Positions 1 to 13,034 of a DNA stretch of 64,000 nucleotides are shown here, in pieces. The notes beneath the pieces were generated by a model that had not been told where the DNA came from, searched no databases, and saw only the letters and a list, made by a program, of their open reading frames with translations. The stretch's first letter is position 1. The number at the start of each line of letters is the position of its first letter. The DNA is from Macrostomum lignano (Eukaryota), in assembly GCA_002269645.1 (NCBI GenBank), contig NIVC01001974.1:1-64000 (forward strand), read 5' to 3'. A program made the position numbers and the translations under genes.

Positions 1-860
1 AGACACTCAACCACTGAGACACCTGAGACACGTGAGACACTGAGACAACTGAGGACACTGAGGACTCGAGACACTGAGACACTGAAGACTGAGAAACTGA
101 GACACTGAGACAATGAGACACTGAGACACTGAGACATTGAGACACTGACACTGAGACACTGAGACAGTGAGACACTGAGAACCAGTGACACTGAGACACT
201 GAGACTGTGAGACAATGAGACAAGAGACAATGAGACACTGAGACACTGAGACAACTGAGACTGTGAAGAATCAATGAGACACATGAGACGATGAGACACT
301 GGAACAACTGAGACACTCCGACACTGAGACACTGAGACTGAGACACTGAGACACTGAGACACTGAGACACTGAGACATCTGAGACACTCAGACAGCACTG
401 AAGACACTGAGACACTGAGACCTGAGACACTGAGACACTGAGACACTGAGACACTGAGACACTGAGACACTAGACACTCAGACACTGAGACACTGAGACA
501 CTGAGACAGTGAGACACTGAGACACTGAGACACTGAGACACTGAGACACTGAGACACTGAGACACTGAACAGGAGACACTGAGACACGAGACACAGATGA
601 GACAATGAGACAGTGAGACACTGAGATCTGAGACACTGAGACACTGAGACTGAGACAATGAACAAGAGACTGAGACACTGAGACACTGAGACACTGAGAG
701 ACACTGAGACACTGAGACACTGAGACACTGAGACTGTGAGACACTGAGACACTGAGACTGTGAGACCTGAGACAATGAGAACAATGAACAATGAGACACA
801 GAGACACTGAGACACTGAGACTCTGAGACACTGAGACACTGAGACACTGAGACACTGAGA
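1..860. repeat. (GAGACACT)n 8-mer satellite, noisy; predicted 3'-UTR intron of WSC-A1
   Basis: Direct 8-bp periodicity with variants GAGACAAT/GAGACTGT and many single-base indels. Confidence 0.97.
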
Positions 861-928
861 CACAGTGCTGAGACCGAGACTAATGGGTCTACAAGTATAA
901 AAAGGCCACTCACTTGGCTTGCGGAAAC

Positions 929-2258
929 TCAGTCCTGCAATCGGTGATAGTGTACACAGAGCGAATGAGTCGTTGTCGGCTCCACAGGTCTGTGTGTAGC
1001 TTCCTCCACAACGGCGATTGCAATAGTGATCATCCATTTTTGTCCTCGGTTAAGCAGTTTAGTGTCTCTACAGTAACAGTATTCTCCTTTACTTAAGCCG
1101 ACAGTTTTGTCCCTTACATATGCTGTGCACAGATAAGCGCAGTGCTCGATCCGACCGTCATGTCCAGATTTTTGCCCTCTGTTAGGAACTTGCCGTGCCG
1201 TAAAAGCAGCCAACATATTTGCTGTAAAAAAGAATTAATAGCAAAAAAAATTTGAGCACAAAGTCTCATTGACAACAGTTATGCATGGTTTAGTGAGACA
1301 GCGAAGCAGTGACACAGAGAGATGGTGGGCAGTGAGATGCGAGACAAAAAGAAAGAGGCACCCCACTGTTGCTATGACAGAGTAGTCAATGAAAATTATG
1401 AAAAATCGTTCACTTACGTTTGGAGTAAAGAGATAGTGGTGAAGCTCTCTCTTCTTTCTCTGAAATTTGACGAGCGGTTCTTGCTGAAGTGACTGCATGC
1501 AGAGGGGCTGCAGAGGGGCTGCAGAGGGGCTGCAGAGGGGCTGCAGAGGGGCTGCAGAGGGGCTGCAGAGGGGCTGCAGAGGGGCTGCAGAGGGGCTGCA
1601 GAGGGGCTGCAGAGGGGCTGCAGAGGGGCTGCAGAGGGGCTGCAGAGGGCTGCAGAGGCTGCAGAGGGCTGCAGAGGGCTGCAGAGGGGCTGCAGAGGGG
1701 CTGCAGAGGGGCTGCAGAGGGCTGCAGAGGGGCTGCAGAGGGGCTGCAGAGGGCTGCAGAGGGCTGCAGAGGGCTGCAGAGGGGCTGCAGAGGGCTGCAG
1801 AGGGCTGCAGAGGGGCTGCAGAGGGGCTGCAGAGGAGGCTGCAGAGGGGCTGCAGAGGGGCGCAGAGGCTGCAGAGGGGCTGCAGAGGCTGCAGAGGCTG
1901 CAGAGGGCTGCAGAGGCTGCAGAGGGGCTGCAGAGGCGAGAGGCTGCAGAGGGGCTGCAGAGGGGCTGCAGAGGCTGCAGAGGGCTGCAGAGGGGCTGAA
2001 AGACGGGGAGATGAGAGGTCGAATAAATGGGGGCAATTAGGTTATAAGAACACAATGGGAATTTATCTTGGGTCAGGCGGCAGGCCGTGTGAGTTGGAGG
2101 CAGTGTGGGCAATGCGGGGAGTTAACATGGAGTAAGCAGACAGGCGGTGGATTCGAGTTGAATCGAATTGACTTACTTTTCTTGGCAGATGAGCAGCCCA
2201 GCCCGCAGAGCAGTGTTGCAGCAAGACAGCTCAGAAGCAGCAGACGTCTGACAGACAT
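929..2258 (-). pseudogene. Secreted single-WSC-domain protein, copy A1 (frameshifted here, possibly by sequencing error)
   Basis: Exon 1 2258-2177 (MSVRRLLLLSCLAATLLCGLGCSSAKK, GTAAGT donor); exon 2 about 1221-929. Near-identical to intact copy A3 but with several 1-2 nt indels. Confidence 0.85.
1495..1998. repeat. (CTGCAGAGGGG)n 11-mer minisatellite in WSC-A1 intron 1
   Basis: Direct 11-bp periodicity, about 45 units. Confidence 0.97.
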
Positions 2259-2705
2259 TTCCAATGCAGAAAAAGCAGCAGAATCCCTTTGTACTCAAAG
2301 CTTGAGATGTCGAATTCGACTTACAGTAAACTCTTCTGTTAAGTGGACCTTCGCTCCGAGGGTGAAAAACGATTGCGAGCCTCTCAGCTGCTGAGCTGCA
2401 GCCACAGACAGTTCTGTACAAAGCGATTCCTGTCTCACTGGCAGCGTCTGAGGGCCGCGATTGTCTATGGCTAACACCAGCTATATGGGCATGCGGAGCC
2501 GTGCACTTTTATTGGAGTGCAAGGGGAACCCGTTCTCAATTTACCAGCTTTTTAATGAGCGTCGTCGTAGTGAGCGTGTTGTTAAACACTGCAGTCTAAC
2601 AGTGGTTTAATGGTAGATTGTGTAGTATGATTTTCCTTTACTAAAGGCTCTTTAAAGGGTCTGTTTTCTAAGGCAAGACCAGAGGATTTTCACGCTCGTC
2701 TTAAA

Positions 2706-4041
2706 ATGGCTTTGATCAATTGGAAACATCTTCCCTGCGAATCGTTAGATGGAGTTAGCGACAGTGAACTGAGCTTTATTACTGCGCTAAGTTATACTGA
2801 TCACCATGGCGACACCGATCTGCAGAATATTATTGGCTTCCTCACGATCTGCAGGCTAACTCGGAAGATGATGTTTCCGGAGTCAAATTGCCAGAATTAC
2901 CTGAGTCTGTGGCTGCCGACATGGACCCAAGGCGAGTTAGACTCGCTACCGCGCTCCACCCAAGAACAAATGATGCAACAGGGAAGTCGATTCATTGCCT
3001 TCATGCGCAAGCATACGACCAAAGAAGTACAAAGCATGACTAACGAGAAGCTAGGAGAGTATCTTCGTTTCTATTATTTTGGACTAAAGAAATCTGATGG
3101 AAGTCTGTATTCGCCTGCTACCCTTGTATGCATTCGAGCTAGTGTGCAGCGTTACCAAAAAGAAAGATACCAAAGATGCAGACAGACATTATGAATGGGC
3201 CAGAGTTTGAAGCGGCGAACAGAATGCTTCGAGTGAAAGTTCGTCATTTCAGCGTTGAGGGTGCAGGAGTTGTTCAACAGTTTCAGCCTATTGAGGACGG
3301 AGACCTTCGAAAAATCAGGCAGCATTTTGACAGATCGACCGCAGAAGAACTTCAAGATGAGGTAGTTTTTGTCATTTTCTATACTCTAGGAGAGAGGCCA
3401 GGAGCATTTGGAGTCGATTCGAAACGTGGGGCACGGATGGGCACAGCTACCTGAAGCTTCCGCCTTTGCCAACTAAAAACCAGTCTTCGGATCCGACCAA
3501 GTGCAAGGGCAACGTTGCAAAGCAGAGTCGCATCTATGGAGCTGAGAGAGATCTTATTCTTCACTACCAGTTATTGTTGCCAGAAGGAGACAATTTCTTT
3601 CCACGACCACTCGCTAATGCTTCTAATGGAGTCTTGAGGTTTTCTAGTCGCCAAGTGCGTGGCGTCAACTGGTTGTGCTCATTCATGGGACATCTCAGTG
3701 AAGTGTGTTCGCTTTCGCAGCGATACACGAACCATTGCATTCGCGTCACGCGCATCTCGGACCTATTTGTCAGCGGTCACAGCATGGACGAGATAATGGC
3801 CGTTACCGGACAACGTAGTGAAGCTACGGATGTGAAAAGTCTGTCAGCTGCAAGTGACAGCACGCTGGATAGTTCGTTGACTACACCATTCAACAATTTA
3901 GCAGGTACTTCGTTTATTACTTCACCAGCCGGTAGCACAGTGGCCGTTTCAGTAGCGCAACAACAATTGGATGTGAGTACAGCAGTGCGTAAGCCGATGT
4001 TTGCCAACTGTAGCTTTTCTAATTGTACTTTTAATTTATAA
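2706..4041 (+). mobile_element. Degenerate Crypton-type tyrosine recombinase gene (DUF3504, KCTD1/ZMYM-like), frameshifted
   Basis: Joined ORFs give EYLRFYYFGLKKSDGSLYSPATLVCIRASVQRY...RYTNHCIRVTRISDLF..GHSMDEIMAVTGQRSE...FSNCTFNL, typical DUF3504 motifs. HxxR is kept; the TGH motif reads TGQ and the catalytic Tyr is not visible. Confidence 0.8.
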
Positions 4042-4868
4042 TAAGTTAGGCTTCGACATCAGATTAATAGACACTTCGTATTTGGACAGTGACAAAGTTT
4101 GCTTTTGAGACCCTTTTTCTTTTGCATGATTTGTTTGTCAATGCTTAATCCCGATCCGAATCTTCTAATTTCTTAAAATCTTAATCTTCTAATAATGTTA
4201 GAAATCCCAATCTTCCAATGCTAGGAATCCAAATCTCCTACTACTAGGAATCCCACTCTCCAAATTCTAGTAGTCACAATCTCCCAATCACTTTAATCAC
4301 ACCCTCCTTTAATCAAATTTATTTCAAAATACAAAATTTACGCATAGTTTGCTTTATTATATCATTGTTTGTTGTACCTGTACGCATATTTCATATCTAT
4401 TTATGCCATTCTCAATTGCCTAGTGTATCTATCGTCATTTTTGTTAAATAAACTGTTAACTGATTATTCAGCAAGTTTTGTCTATGGTTGAAATTCGCTT
4501 TGGAAGTCTGAAATAATGGCGTTTTTTGGACAATCATTAAGACTCGGGTGGGCCATAGAACAATGGAGTCTTGGGGGTGTTGAGGACGTCCTTTGGGACA
4601 TCGACGGCGGGCATGTAGATCGGAGCCGCCATGCGAGGCGGTGATTGGCCAGCGCCGGCCATCCGGAGTCTGGAGGTCGAAGCTTACAAGATCCGCGGTG
4701 ACAGGGCGCCTGGACTCTGCATGAAGGTAGAGGCTGCAATCGTAAGCTTCCTGGCGGCCTTGAGACCAAGCTTGCGAGCGAGAGTAGAGAGTAGGCGTGA
4801 GAGTCCTTTGGGTTGACGGCCATTGGGGCGGAGGGTCGCCATGATGGTCGGAACGAGGCCTCCGTTCG

Positions 4869-5915
4869 CTAAGGCAGAGACGAGAGAGTGGACTGTTCCA
4901 TTGGAGTTTGCATTTCCAACGGCAGCGTTAAGGTGGGCGTTTGAACGAGGAATCGACGAACGTTGATTGGAACTCGCAAAGGTGGCTTCTGGAGATTAGT
5001 GTGGTGCAGCCCATCGCACTCGTGGCATCGTCGGTGTCACGGCAGTCTCGAGTGTGGTGTCGGCGGAGGCAGTTGCGGCAGAGATTTTTCTTTCGGACAA
5101 TCTTGAGGCGATCATGGGGCTTCCGCACCTCGCTGCAGGACATGGCGATGTGGTCGGAGCTGCTGGCGGTCGGTGGGCGCTTGTGCTGCGAGTGGATGGT
5201 GGCCGGGACGCAGCGTTGCTCGGAAGACTGGCGGAGGCAAATGCGCAGCTGGCACTGTGCTGAGGCGGCTCTGAGGGTCTTAAGCTTGCAGTCAAGATGG
5301 TCCTGGAGCTCTGCCATGATGGGCATGAGAGGCTACCTTTAGAAGCGCGAAGATTGCGGATCTCGCTTTGTAATTCAAGCGGCAGGCGGCTCCAGAGCGC
5401 GTAGACGTCGCTGTCGAGGGTGCAGGCAAGCTCGCCGAGTCGAAGAAGCTGGCCAGTGGCCAGGCGGAGGGCATCCGTGAATTCCTCGAGCTCACCAAAG
5501 TTGGAAGCAGAACTGCAGTGAAGGGCGAGGAGACGCTGGAAGGAGGCGTTCTTTTGCTCCTACGTGTTGGAGTAGTTGGCCTGGAGGACACGGCAGGCCT
5601 CAGCGTAGTCGTTCGGCTGTAGCCGTCGAAAGCACCGAGCTTCTTGAGAGCGGAGCCGGAGAGCAGACAGCGGAGTGCCTCGTATTTGTCGACGTCGTTA
5701 AGGCTGGAGCGGTCGACGCGGTATACGAAAGCGTCCCAGAAGCCCAGAATTGCAGCAGGGTCGGGCAATGCGTTCTTGAGAATGGTGGAGCGGATGAGCC
5801 CGGCCGGATCGTGAGCATCTGATGCGGGCGTTGAGGCAACTGGTGTCGAGGCAGGACGGATGGTGGTAGCGAGCTGTTGCATGGGCTGCTGGTTCTGCTG
5901 CATCATCGCGGTCAT
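4869..5915 (-). mobile_element. BEL/Pao LTR-retrotransposon gag relic (DUF1759 + Cys/His knuckles)
   Basis: FWDAFVYRVDRSSLNDVDKYEALRCLLSGSALKK and RLKIVRKKNLCRNCLRRHHTRDC; reverse-complement copy of 15209-16258 with extra indels; no pol seen. Confidence 0.8.
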
Positions 5916-6883
5916 GGAGGCGAGGAGGGCTGGTCACGCCGGGTGTAGCAGGAGAGGCGGCAGAGATCGGTGCAGCGGCCTGAGCAGCAGGAAGAGCCAT
6001 TGCTCCGGCTGAAGGAGTGGTGACGGGCCACTGAGGTGGAAAGGCGATTGCTGGTTTCCCTCAATTGGCCACGCTGATTGCTGTTCCCACTGACGGCGTG
6101 GAAGGCTTCTGTGGCGGACTGTGCAGAGTCATCTTCAAGCAGACCTCCTCGAGGAAAAGTGCGGCTGCGAGGACCATCCTAGGGGATCAGACCCTGGCGA
6201 TGCATCTGGTCACACAGGGAGCCGCGGCCTTCGATTGGTATCATAGCAGAGATGGCTGCGGAATTCGATGTTAGCACATCGAGTCTTCCTGGGCTCGCAG
6301 TAGGTGCTGAAAGAGGGCCTTGGAGACGGTGCCAGCAGGCATAAAGGCGGAGTCTAGACAGGGACGGCGGAGATGACGCAGCAGGCAGTGCATCGGAAGA
6401 GTTCGGAGCTGTGCATCTGGCGAGAGACATTTGCGCAGATAATATAGAGTCGTCGATGAAGATAGTTTTCGTAGTGGTAGTCACTCTCTGCTGTGAAGAT
6501 CGTTGTGGTGAATCTTTTAAGACGGGCTGGTTGGCAGGTTCTTAACCACGCTCTACTCCCAAATTGGCCAAGTGCTGATAGGACGACAAGTAACGAAGAA
6601 TGAGCTAACTCTTGGCAGAGGCTATATTTAGCAACAGGCGGGCAGTGAAAGACCAGGCTTAAATTTAAAGGTAACAAAACTGGACCTCTTCGTGTGGCAC
6701 GCGCACGGAGAGGCCTAAAATATCGATCGTGAAACTATTATACTGTACGGACCGCTCTAAATACGCGCACAACAAGCACAAGGTAAAACGACCCAATTGG
6801 GGGCCACACCAAACGCAAAAATACACGGAGAAGAAAGGAAATAATACGAATTTTGTCAGTTTATAGGCGTAAATCTGACATGT

Positions 6884-7027
6884 GGACACACCCTATAGAC
6901 ACTCACCCTATGGACACTCACCCTACGGACACTCAAATTATGGACACTCTACGGACGCTCAAATTATGGACACTCACCCTACGGACACTCACCATATGGA
7001 CACTCATCCTATGGACACTCACCTATA
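6884..7027. repeat. About 15-bp minisatellite (GGACACTCACCCTAT)
   Basis: About 9 degenerate units; mirrored at 14097-14240. Confidence 0.85.
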
Positions 7028-7449
7028 GTGTTCCATCCTATGTATTCATTTAATAATATATGTACAAGTATTTACCTACTCAGTTTATCAAATTGTCGGC
7101 AGAAAGAAAATCAAAAAAATGATATAAAATATAAAAACTCATAAAGGTTTCCAGCTATGAGCTATTCGCGTACTAAAGACTTGTTTATTTGACTTCCAAA
7201 AAGTTGAACTTTTTAGAAATTTTTAATAGCTACTACTGAAGAAACAGCTTTTTAAGAGCCTGGCTAAAATATGTACTTAGGAAAATAACTTGATCCAAAA
7301 ATCCATATTTTTGGCGTTATAACTGCTATAACTCGCGACCAGCTATACCGGTAGCTTCAGTTAGCGAGAAGAGGCGTCGCCATGGATTTTATGGTAGAGG
7401 GACAAAGCCAAGAATTCAACATGTACATGCACATTATGTTCAGCATCGG

Positions 7450-7965
7450 TGTTGTCACCGCTCACTTGGCGCCGCAGACTCATTTAGTGCCACAGATACT
7501 TATTTTGGCGCCACAGCCACTCATTTCAGCGCAGCAGGCACTCATTTTGTTGTGCAGTCGCGCATTTTGGTGTCAATGGCACTTAGTTTAGCACCACAGA
7601 CACTCATATTGGCGCTACGGACACTCATTTTGGCGCCACAGACATTCATTTTAGCGCCGAAGACTCTCGTTTTAATGCCAGAGACACTCATTTTGGTGCC
7701 GAGGGCACTTATTTTGGTGCCGCAGACACTCACTTTAGCGCCAGACACTCACTTTAGCGCCACAGACACTCAATTTAGCGCCACAGACACTCACTTTAGC
7801 GCCACAGACACTCACTTTAGCGCCACAGACACTCACTTTAGCGCCACAGACACTCACTTTAGCGCCACAGACACTCACTTTAGCGCCACAGACACTCACT
7901 TTAGCGCCACAGACACTCATTTTCGCGCTTGCCGCGACACTCATTTTGGTACCGCAGACACTCGT
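7450..7965. repeat. 21-mer minisatellite (GACACTCACTTTAGCGCCACA), family of the 28.3-31.2 kb array
   Basis: Homogeneous core about 7735-7925 with degenerate flanks. Confidence 0.93.
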
Positions 7966-7993
7966 TCAATATTTTATAATCCATGATAAAGCA

Positions 7994-8430
7994 TTTATTA
8001 AACAATGAGAAACCTCGTGCTTGCAAGACGTCACAGAATGCTCACTGCTTGCACAGTGATTGGCAGGTGCTCTTAGCTACTGTATATTTGAATTGTCAAA
8101 CAGCACTTACAACTTAAATGTGATCAGTTTCCCTATCTTAAATCTGCAGATAAGACTAATTGCTAAATATAGTTACATACCTGTGATGAGAATTTGCAAT
8201 CCTGCTACAGAAGAAGCACATTGATTTAATGCTTACAGAAGCCTAACTGTATAATACAGCTGTTTATGAAGAGCAAAGGAGATTAGACCAGGGTCTAAAA
8301 ACAAAAAGGTATCCTGACAGTGTCGCATGTCCCTCAGCAGAAAAGCTACGAGCCCGGTGCTTAAACATGCAGTGATTCCTCATTGGCATTTTTATAGGCG
8401 CTTGCAGTTGTCCAATCACGGGAGCATGAC
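7994..8430 (-). other. Predicted non-coding 3'-UTR exon of WSC-A2
   Basis: Acceptor TTTTTCACAACAG|GTCATG at 8430 and AATAAA at 7999-7994; homologous to 21983-22433. Confidence 0.6.
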
Positions 8431-8522
8431 CTGTTGTGAAAAAGATAAACAGTGAATGAGTGAGCTGACCTTGCAACACTTTCACTGCAGGTTCCACCTG
8501 ACTTGATGCAGACTTTCTAAAG

Positions 8523-10355
8523 AGACACTCCGACACTGAGACACTGAGACACTGAGACACTGAGACACTGATACACTGAGACACTGAGACACTCAGACAC
8601 TGAGACACTGAGACACTGAGACAGTGAGACACTCAGACACTGAGACACAGAGACACTGAGACACTGAGACACTCAGACACTGAGACACTGAGACACTGAG
8701 ACACTGAGACACTCCGACACTGAGACACTGAGACTGTGAGACACTCCGACACTGAGACACTGAGACACTGAGACACTGAGACACTCAGACACTCAGACAC
8801 TGAGACACCGAGACACTGAGACTGTGAGACACTGAGACACTGAGACTGTGAGACAATGAGACAATGAGACAATGAGACAATGAGACACAGAGACACTGAG
8901 ACACTGAGACTCTGAGACACTGAGACACTGAGACACTGAGACACTGAGACACTGAGACACTGAGACACTGAGACACTGAGACACTGAGACACTGAGACAC
9001 TCCGACACTGAGACACTGAGACACTCGACACTGAGACACTGAGACACTGAGACACTGAGACACTCAGACACTGAGACACTGAGACTGTGAGACACTGAGA
9101 CACTGAGACTGTGAGACAATGAGACAATGAGACAATGAGACAATGAGACACAGAGACACTGAGACACTGAGACTCTGAGACACTGAGACACTCAGACACT
9201 GAGACACTGAGACTGTGAGACACTGGACACTGAGACTGTGAGACAATGAGACAATGAGACGATGAGACACTGAGACACTGAGACACTCCGACACTGAGAC
9301 AGCACTGAGACACTGAGACACTGAGACACTGAGCACTGAGACACTGGAGACACTGAGACACTCAGACACTCAGACACTGAGACAGTAGACACAGACACTC
9401 AGACACTGAGACACTGAGACACTGAGACACTGAGACAGTGAGACACTCAGACACTGAGACAGTGAGACAAGTGAGACACTCAGACACTGAGACACTGAGA
9501 GAACACTGAGACAGAACAGAGACACTGAGACACTGAGACACTGAGACACTGAGACACTCAGACACTGCACTGAAGACAATGAGACATGAGACACTGAGAC
9601 ACTGAGACACTGAGACAGACACTGACACTGAGACACTGAGACTGTGAGACAATGAGACAATGAGACATGAGACACTGAGACACTGAACACTGGACACTGA
9701 GACACTGAGACACTGAGACACTGAGACACTGAGACACTGAGACACTGAGACACTGAGACTGAGACAATGACAATGAGAAACTGAGACACTGAGACACTGA
9801 GACACTGAGACACTGAGACATAGACACTGAGACACTGAGACATGAGACACTCAGACACTGAGACACTGAGACACTGAGACATGAGACACTGAGACACTGA
9901 GACACTGAGACACTGAGACACTGAACACTGAGACACTGAGACACTGAGACACAGTGAGAACAGCTGAGACACTGAACTGTGAGACACTAGAGAAATGAAA
10001 CAATGAGACAGTGAGACACTGAGACACTGAGACACTGAGACACTGAGACAATGAGACACAACATGAGACATGAGACACTGAGACACTGAGACACTGCCGA
10101 CACTGAGACACTGAGACAATGAGACACTGAGACACTGAGACTGTGAGACACTGAGACAATGAGACGATGAGACACTGAGACACTGAGACACTCCGACACT
10201 GAGACACTGAGACACTGAGACACTGAGACACTGAGACTGTGAGACAAGACACAATGAGACAATGAGACAATGAACAATGAGACAATGAGACACAGAGACA
10301 CTGAGACACTGAGACTCTGAGACACTGAGACACTGAGACACTGAGACACTGAGAC
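8523..10355. repeat. (GAGACACT)n satellite, predicted 3'-UTR intron of WSC-A2
   Basis: Direct 8-bp periodicity, noisy in the middle. Confidence 0.97.
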
Positions 10356-10421
10356 ACAGTGCTGAGACCGAGACTAATGGGTCTACAAGTATAAAAGGCC
10401 ACTCACTTGGCTTGCGGAAAC

Positions 10422-11663
10422 TCAGTCCTGCAATCGGTGATAGGTGTACACAGAGGCGAATGAGTCGTTGTCGGCTCCACAGGTCTGTGTGTAGCTTCCT
10501 CCACAACGGCGATTGCAATAGTGATCATCCATTTGTCCCTCGGTTAAGCAGTTTAGTGTCTCTACAGTAACAGTATTCTCCTTTACTTAAGCCGAATGCA
10601 GTTTTGTCCCTTACATATGCTGTGCACAGATAAGCGCAGTGCTCGACCGTCATGTCCTTAGACTTTTGGCCCTCTCTTAGGAACTTGCCGTGCCCGTAAA
10701 AGCAGCCAACATATTTCGCTGTAAAAAGAATTAATAGCAAGAAAAAAATTTGAGCACAAAGTCTCATTGACAACAGTTATGCATGGTTTAGTGAGACAGC
10801 GAAGCAGTGACACAGAGAGATGGTGGGGCAGTGAGATGCGAGACAAAAAGAAAGGAGGCACCCCACTGTTGCTATGGACAGAGTAGTCAATGAAAATTAT
10901 GAAAAATCGTTCACTTACGTTTGGAGTAAAGAGATAGTGGTGAAGCTCTCTCTTCTTTCTCTGAAATTTGACGAGCGGTTCTTGCTGAAGTGACTGCATG
11001 CAGAGGGGCTGCAGAGGGGCTGCAGAGGGGCTGCAGAGGGGCTGCAGAGGGGCTGCAGAGGGGCTGCAGAGGGCTGCAGAGGGGCTGCAGAGGGGCTGCA
11101 GAGGGGCTGCAGAGGGGCTGCAGAGGGGCTGCAGAGGGGCTGCAGAGGGGCTGCAGAGGGGCTGCAGAGGGGCTGCAGAGGGGCTGCAGAGGGGCTGCAG
11201 AGGGGCTGCAGAGGGGCTGCAGAGGGGCTGCAGAGGGCTGCAGAGGGGCTGCAGAGGGGCTGCAGAGGGGCTGCAGAGGGGCTGCAGAGGGGCTGCAGAG
11301 GGGCTGCAGAAGGGCTGCAGAGGGGCTGCAGAGGGGCTGCAGAGGGCTGCAGAGGGCTGCAGAGGGGCTGCAGAGGAGCTGCAGAGGGGCTGCAGAGGGG
11401 CTGGAAAGACGGGGAGATGAGAGGTCGAATAAAATGGGGCAATTAGGTTATAAGAACACAATGGGAATTTATCTTGGGTCAGGCGGCAGGCCGTGGAGTT
11501 GGAGCAGGTGTGGGCAATGCGGGGAGTTAACATGGAGTAAGCAGACAGGCGGTGGATTCGAGTTGAATCGAATTGACTTACTTTTCTTGGCAAATGAGCA
11601 GCCCAGCCCGCAGAGCAGTGTTGCAGCAAGACAGCTCAGAAGCAGCAGACGTCTGACAGACAT
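10422..11663 (-). CDS. Secreted single-WSC-domain protein, copy A2 (one 2-nt homopolymer deletion near 10532)
   Basis: Exon 1 11663-11582 (CSFAKK variant), exon 2 10718-10422. Matches A3 except T3 instead of T5 at about 10532. Confidence 0.8.
10996..11403. repeat. (CTGCAGAGGGG)n 11-mer in WSC-A2 intron 1
   Basis: About 37 units. Confidence 0.97.
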
Positions 11664-11947
11664 TTCCAATGCAGAAAAAGCAGCAGAATCCCTTTGTACT
11701 CAAAGCTTGAGATGTCGAATTCGACTTACAGTAAACTCTTCTGTTAAGTGGACCTTCGCTCCGAGGGTGAAAACGATTGCGAGCCTCTCAGCTGCTGAGC
11801 TGCAGCCACAGACAGTTCTGTACAAAGCGATTCCTGTCTCACTGGCAGCGTCTGAGGCCGCGATTGTCTATGGCTAACACCAGCTATATGGGCATGCGGA
11901 GCCGTGCACTTTTATTGGAGTGCAAGGGGTTTGAGGTTTACTCAAAA

Positions 11948-12471
11948 GTCTCAGTGTCTCAGTGTCTCAGTGTCTCAGTGTCTCAGTGTCTCAGTGTCTC
12001 AGTGTCTCAGTGTCTCAGTGTCTCAGTGTCTCAGTGTCTCAGTGTCTCAGTGTCTCAGTGTCTCAGTGTCTCAGTGTCTCAGTGTCTGAGTGTCTGAGTG
12101 TCTCAGTGTCTCAGTGTCTCAGTGTCTGAGTGTCTGAGTGTCTCAGTGTCTCAGTGTCTCAGTGTCTCAGTGTCTCAGTGTCTCAGTGTCTCAGTGTCTC
12201 AGTGTCTCAGTGTCTCAGTGTCTCAGTGTCTGAGTGTCTGAGTGTCTCAGTGTCTCAGTGTGTCTGAGTGTCTGAGTGTCTGAGTGTCTCAGTGTCTCAG
12301 TGTCTCAGTGTCTCAGTGTCTCAGTGTCTCAGTGTCTCAGTGTCTGAGTGTCTCAGTGTCTCAGTGTCTCAGTGTCTCAGTATCTCAGTGTCTCAGTGTC
12401 TCACTGTCTCACTGTCTCAGTGTCTGAGTGTCTCAGTGTCTCAGTGTCTCAGTGTCTCAGTGTCGGAGTGT
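11948..12471. repeat. (GTCTCAGT)n satellite, inverted orientation, starts at the fold-back junction
   Basis: Direct periodicity; opposite strand to 8523-10355. Confidence 0.97.
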
Positions 12472-13034
12472 CTCTTTAGAAAGTCTGCATCAAGTCAGGT
12501 GGAACCTGCAGTGAAAGTGTTGCAAGGTCAGCTCACTCATTCACTGTTTATCTTTTTCACAACAGGTCATGCTCCCGTGATTGGACAACTGCAAGCGCCT
12601 ATAAAATGCCAATGAGGAATCACTGCATGTTTAAGCACCGGGCTCGTAGCTTTTCTGCTGAGGACATGCGACACTGTCAGGATACCTTTTTGTTTTTAGA
12701 CCCTGGTCTAATCTCCTTTGCTCTTCATAAACAGCTGTATTATACAGTTAGGCTTCTGTAAGCATTAAATCAATGTGCTTCTTCTGTAGCAGGATTGCAA
12801 ATTCTCATCACAGGTATGTAACTATATTTAGCAATTAGTCTTATCTGCAGATTTAAGATAGGGAAACTGATCACATTTAAGTTGTAAGTGCTGTTTGACA
12901 ATTCAAATATACAGTAGCTAAGAGCACCTGCCAATCACTGTGCAAGCAGTGAGCATTCTGTGACGTCTTGCAAGCGTGAGGTTTCTCATTGTTTAATAAA
13001 TGCTTTATCATGGATTATAAAATATTGAACGAGT

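Noticed and set aside
11930-11947. PacBio SMRTbell adapter at the inversion centre
   Set aside because: The sequence does not match the ATCTCTCTC...GAGAGAGAT adapter; an artefact is still possible but not shown by an adapter remnant.
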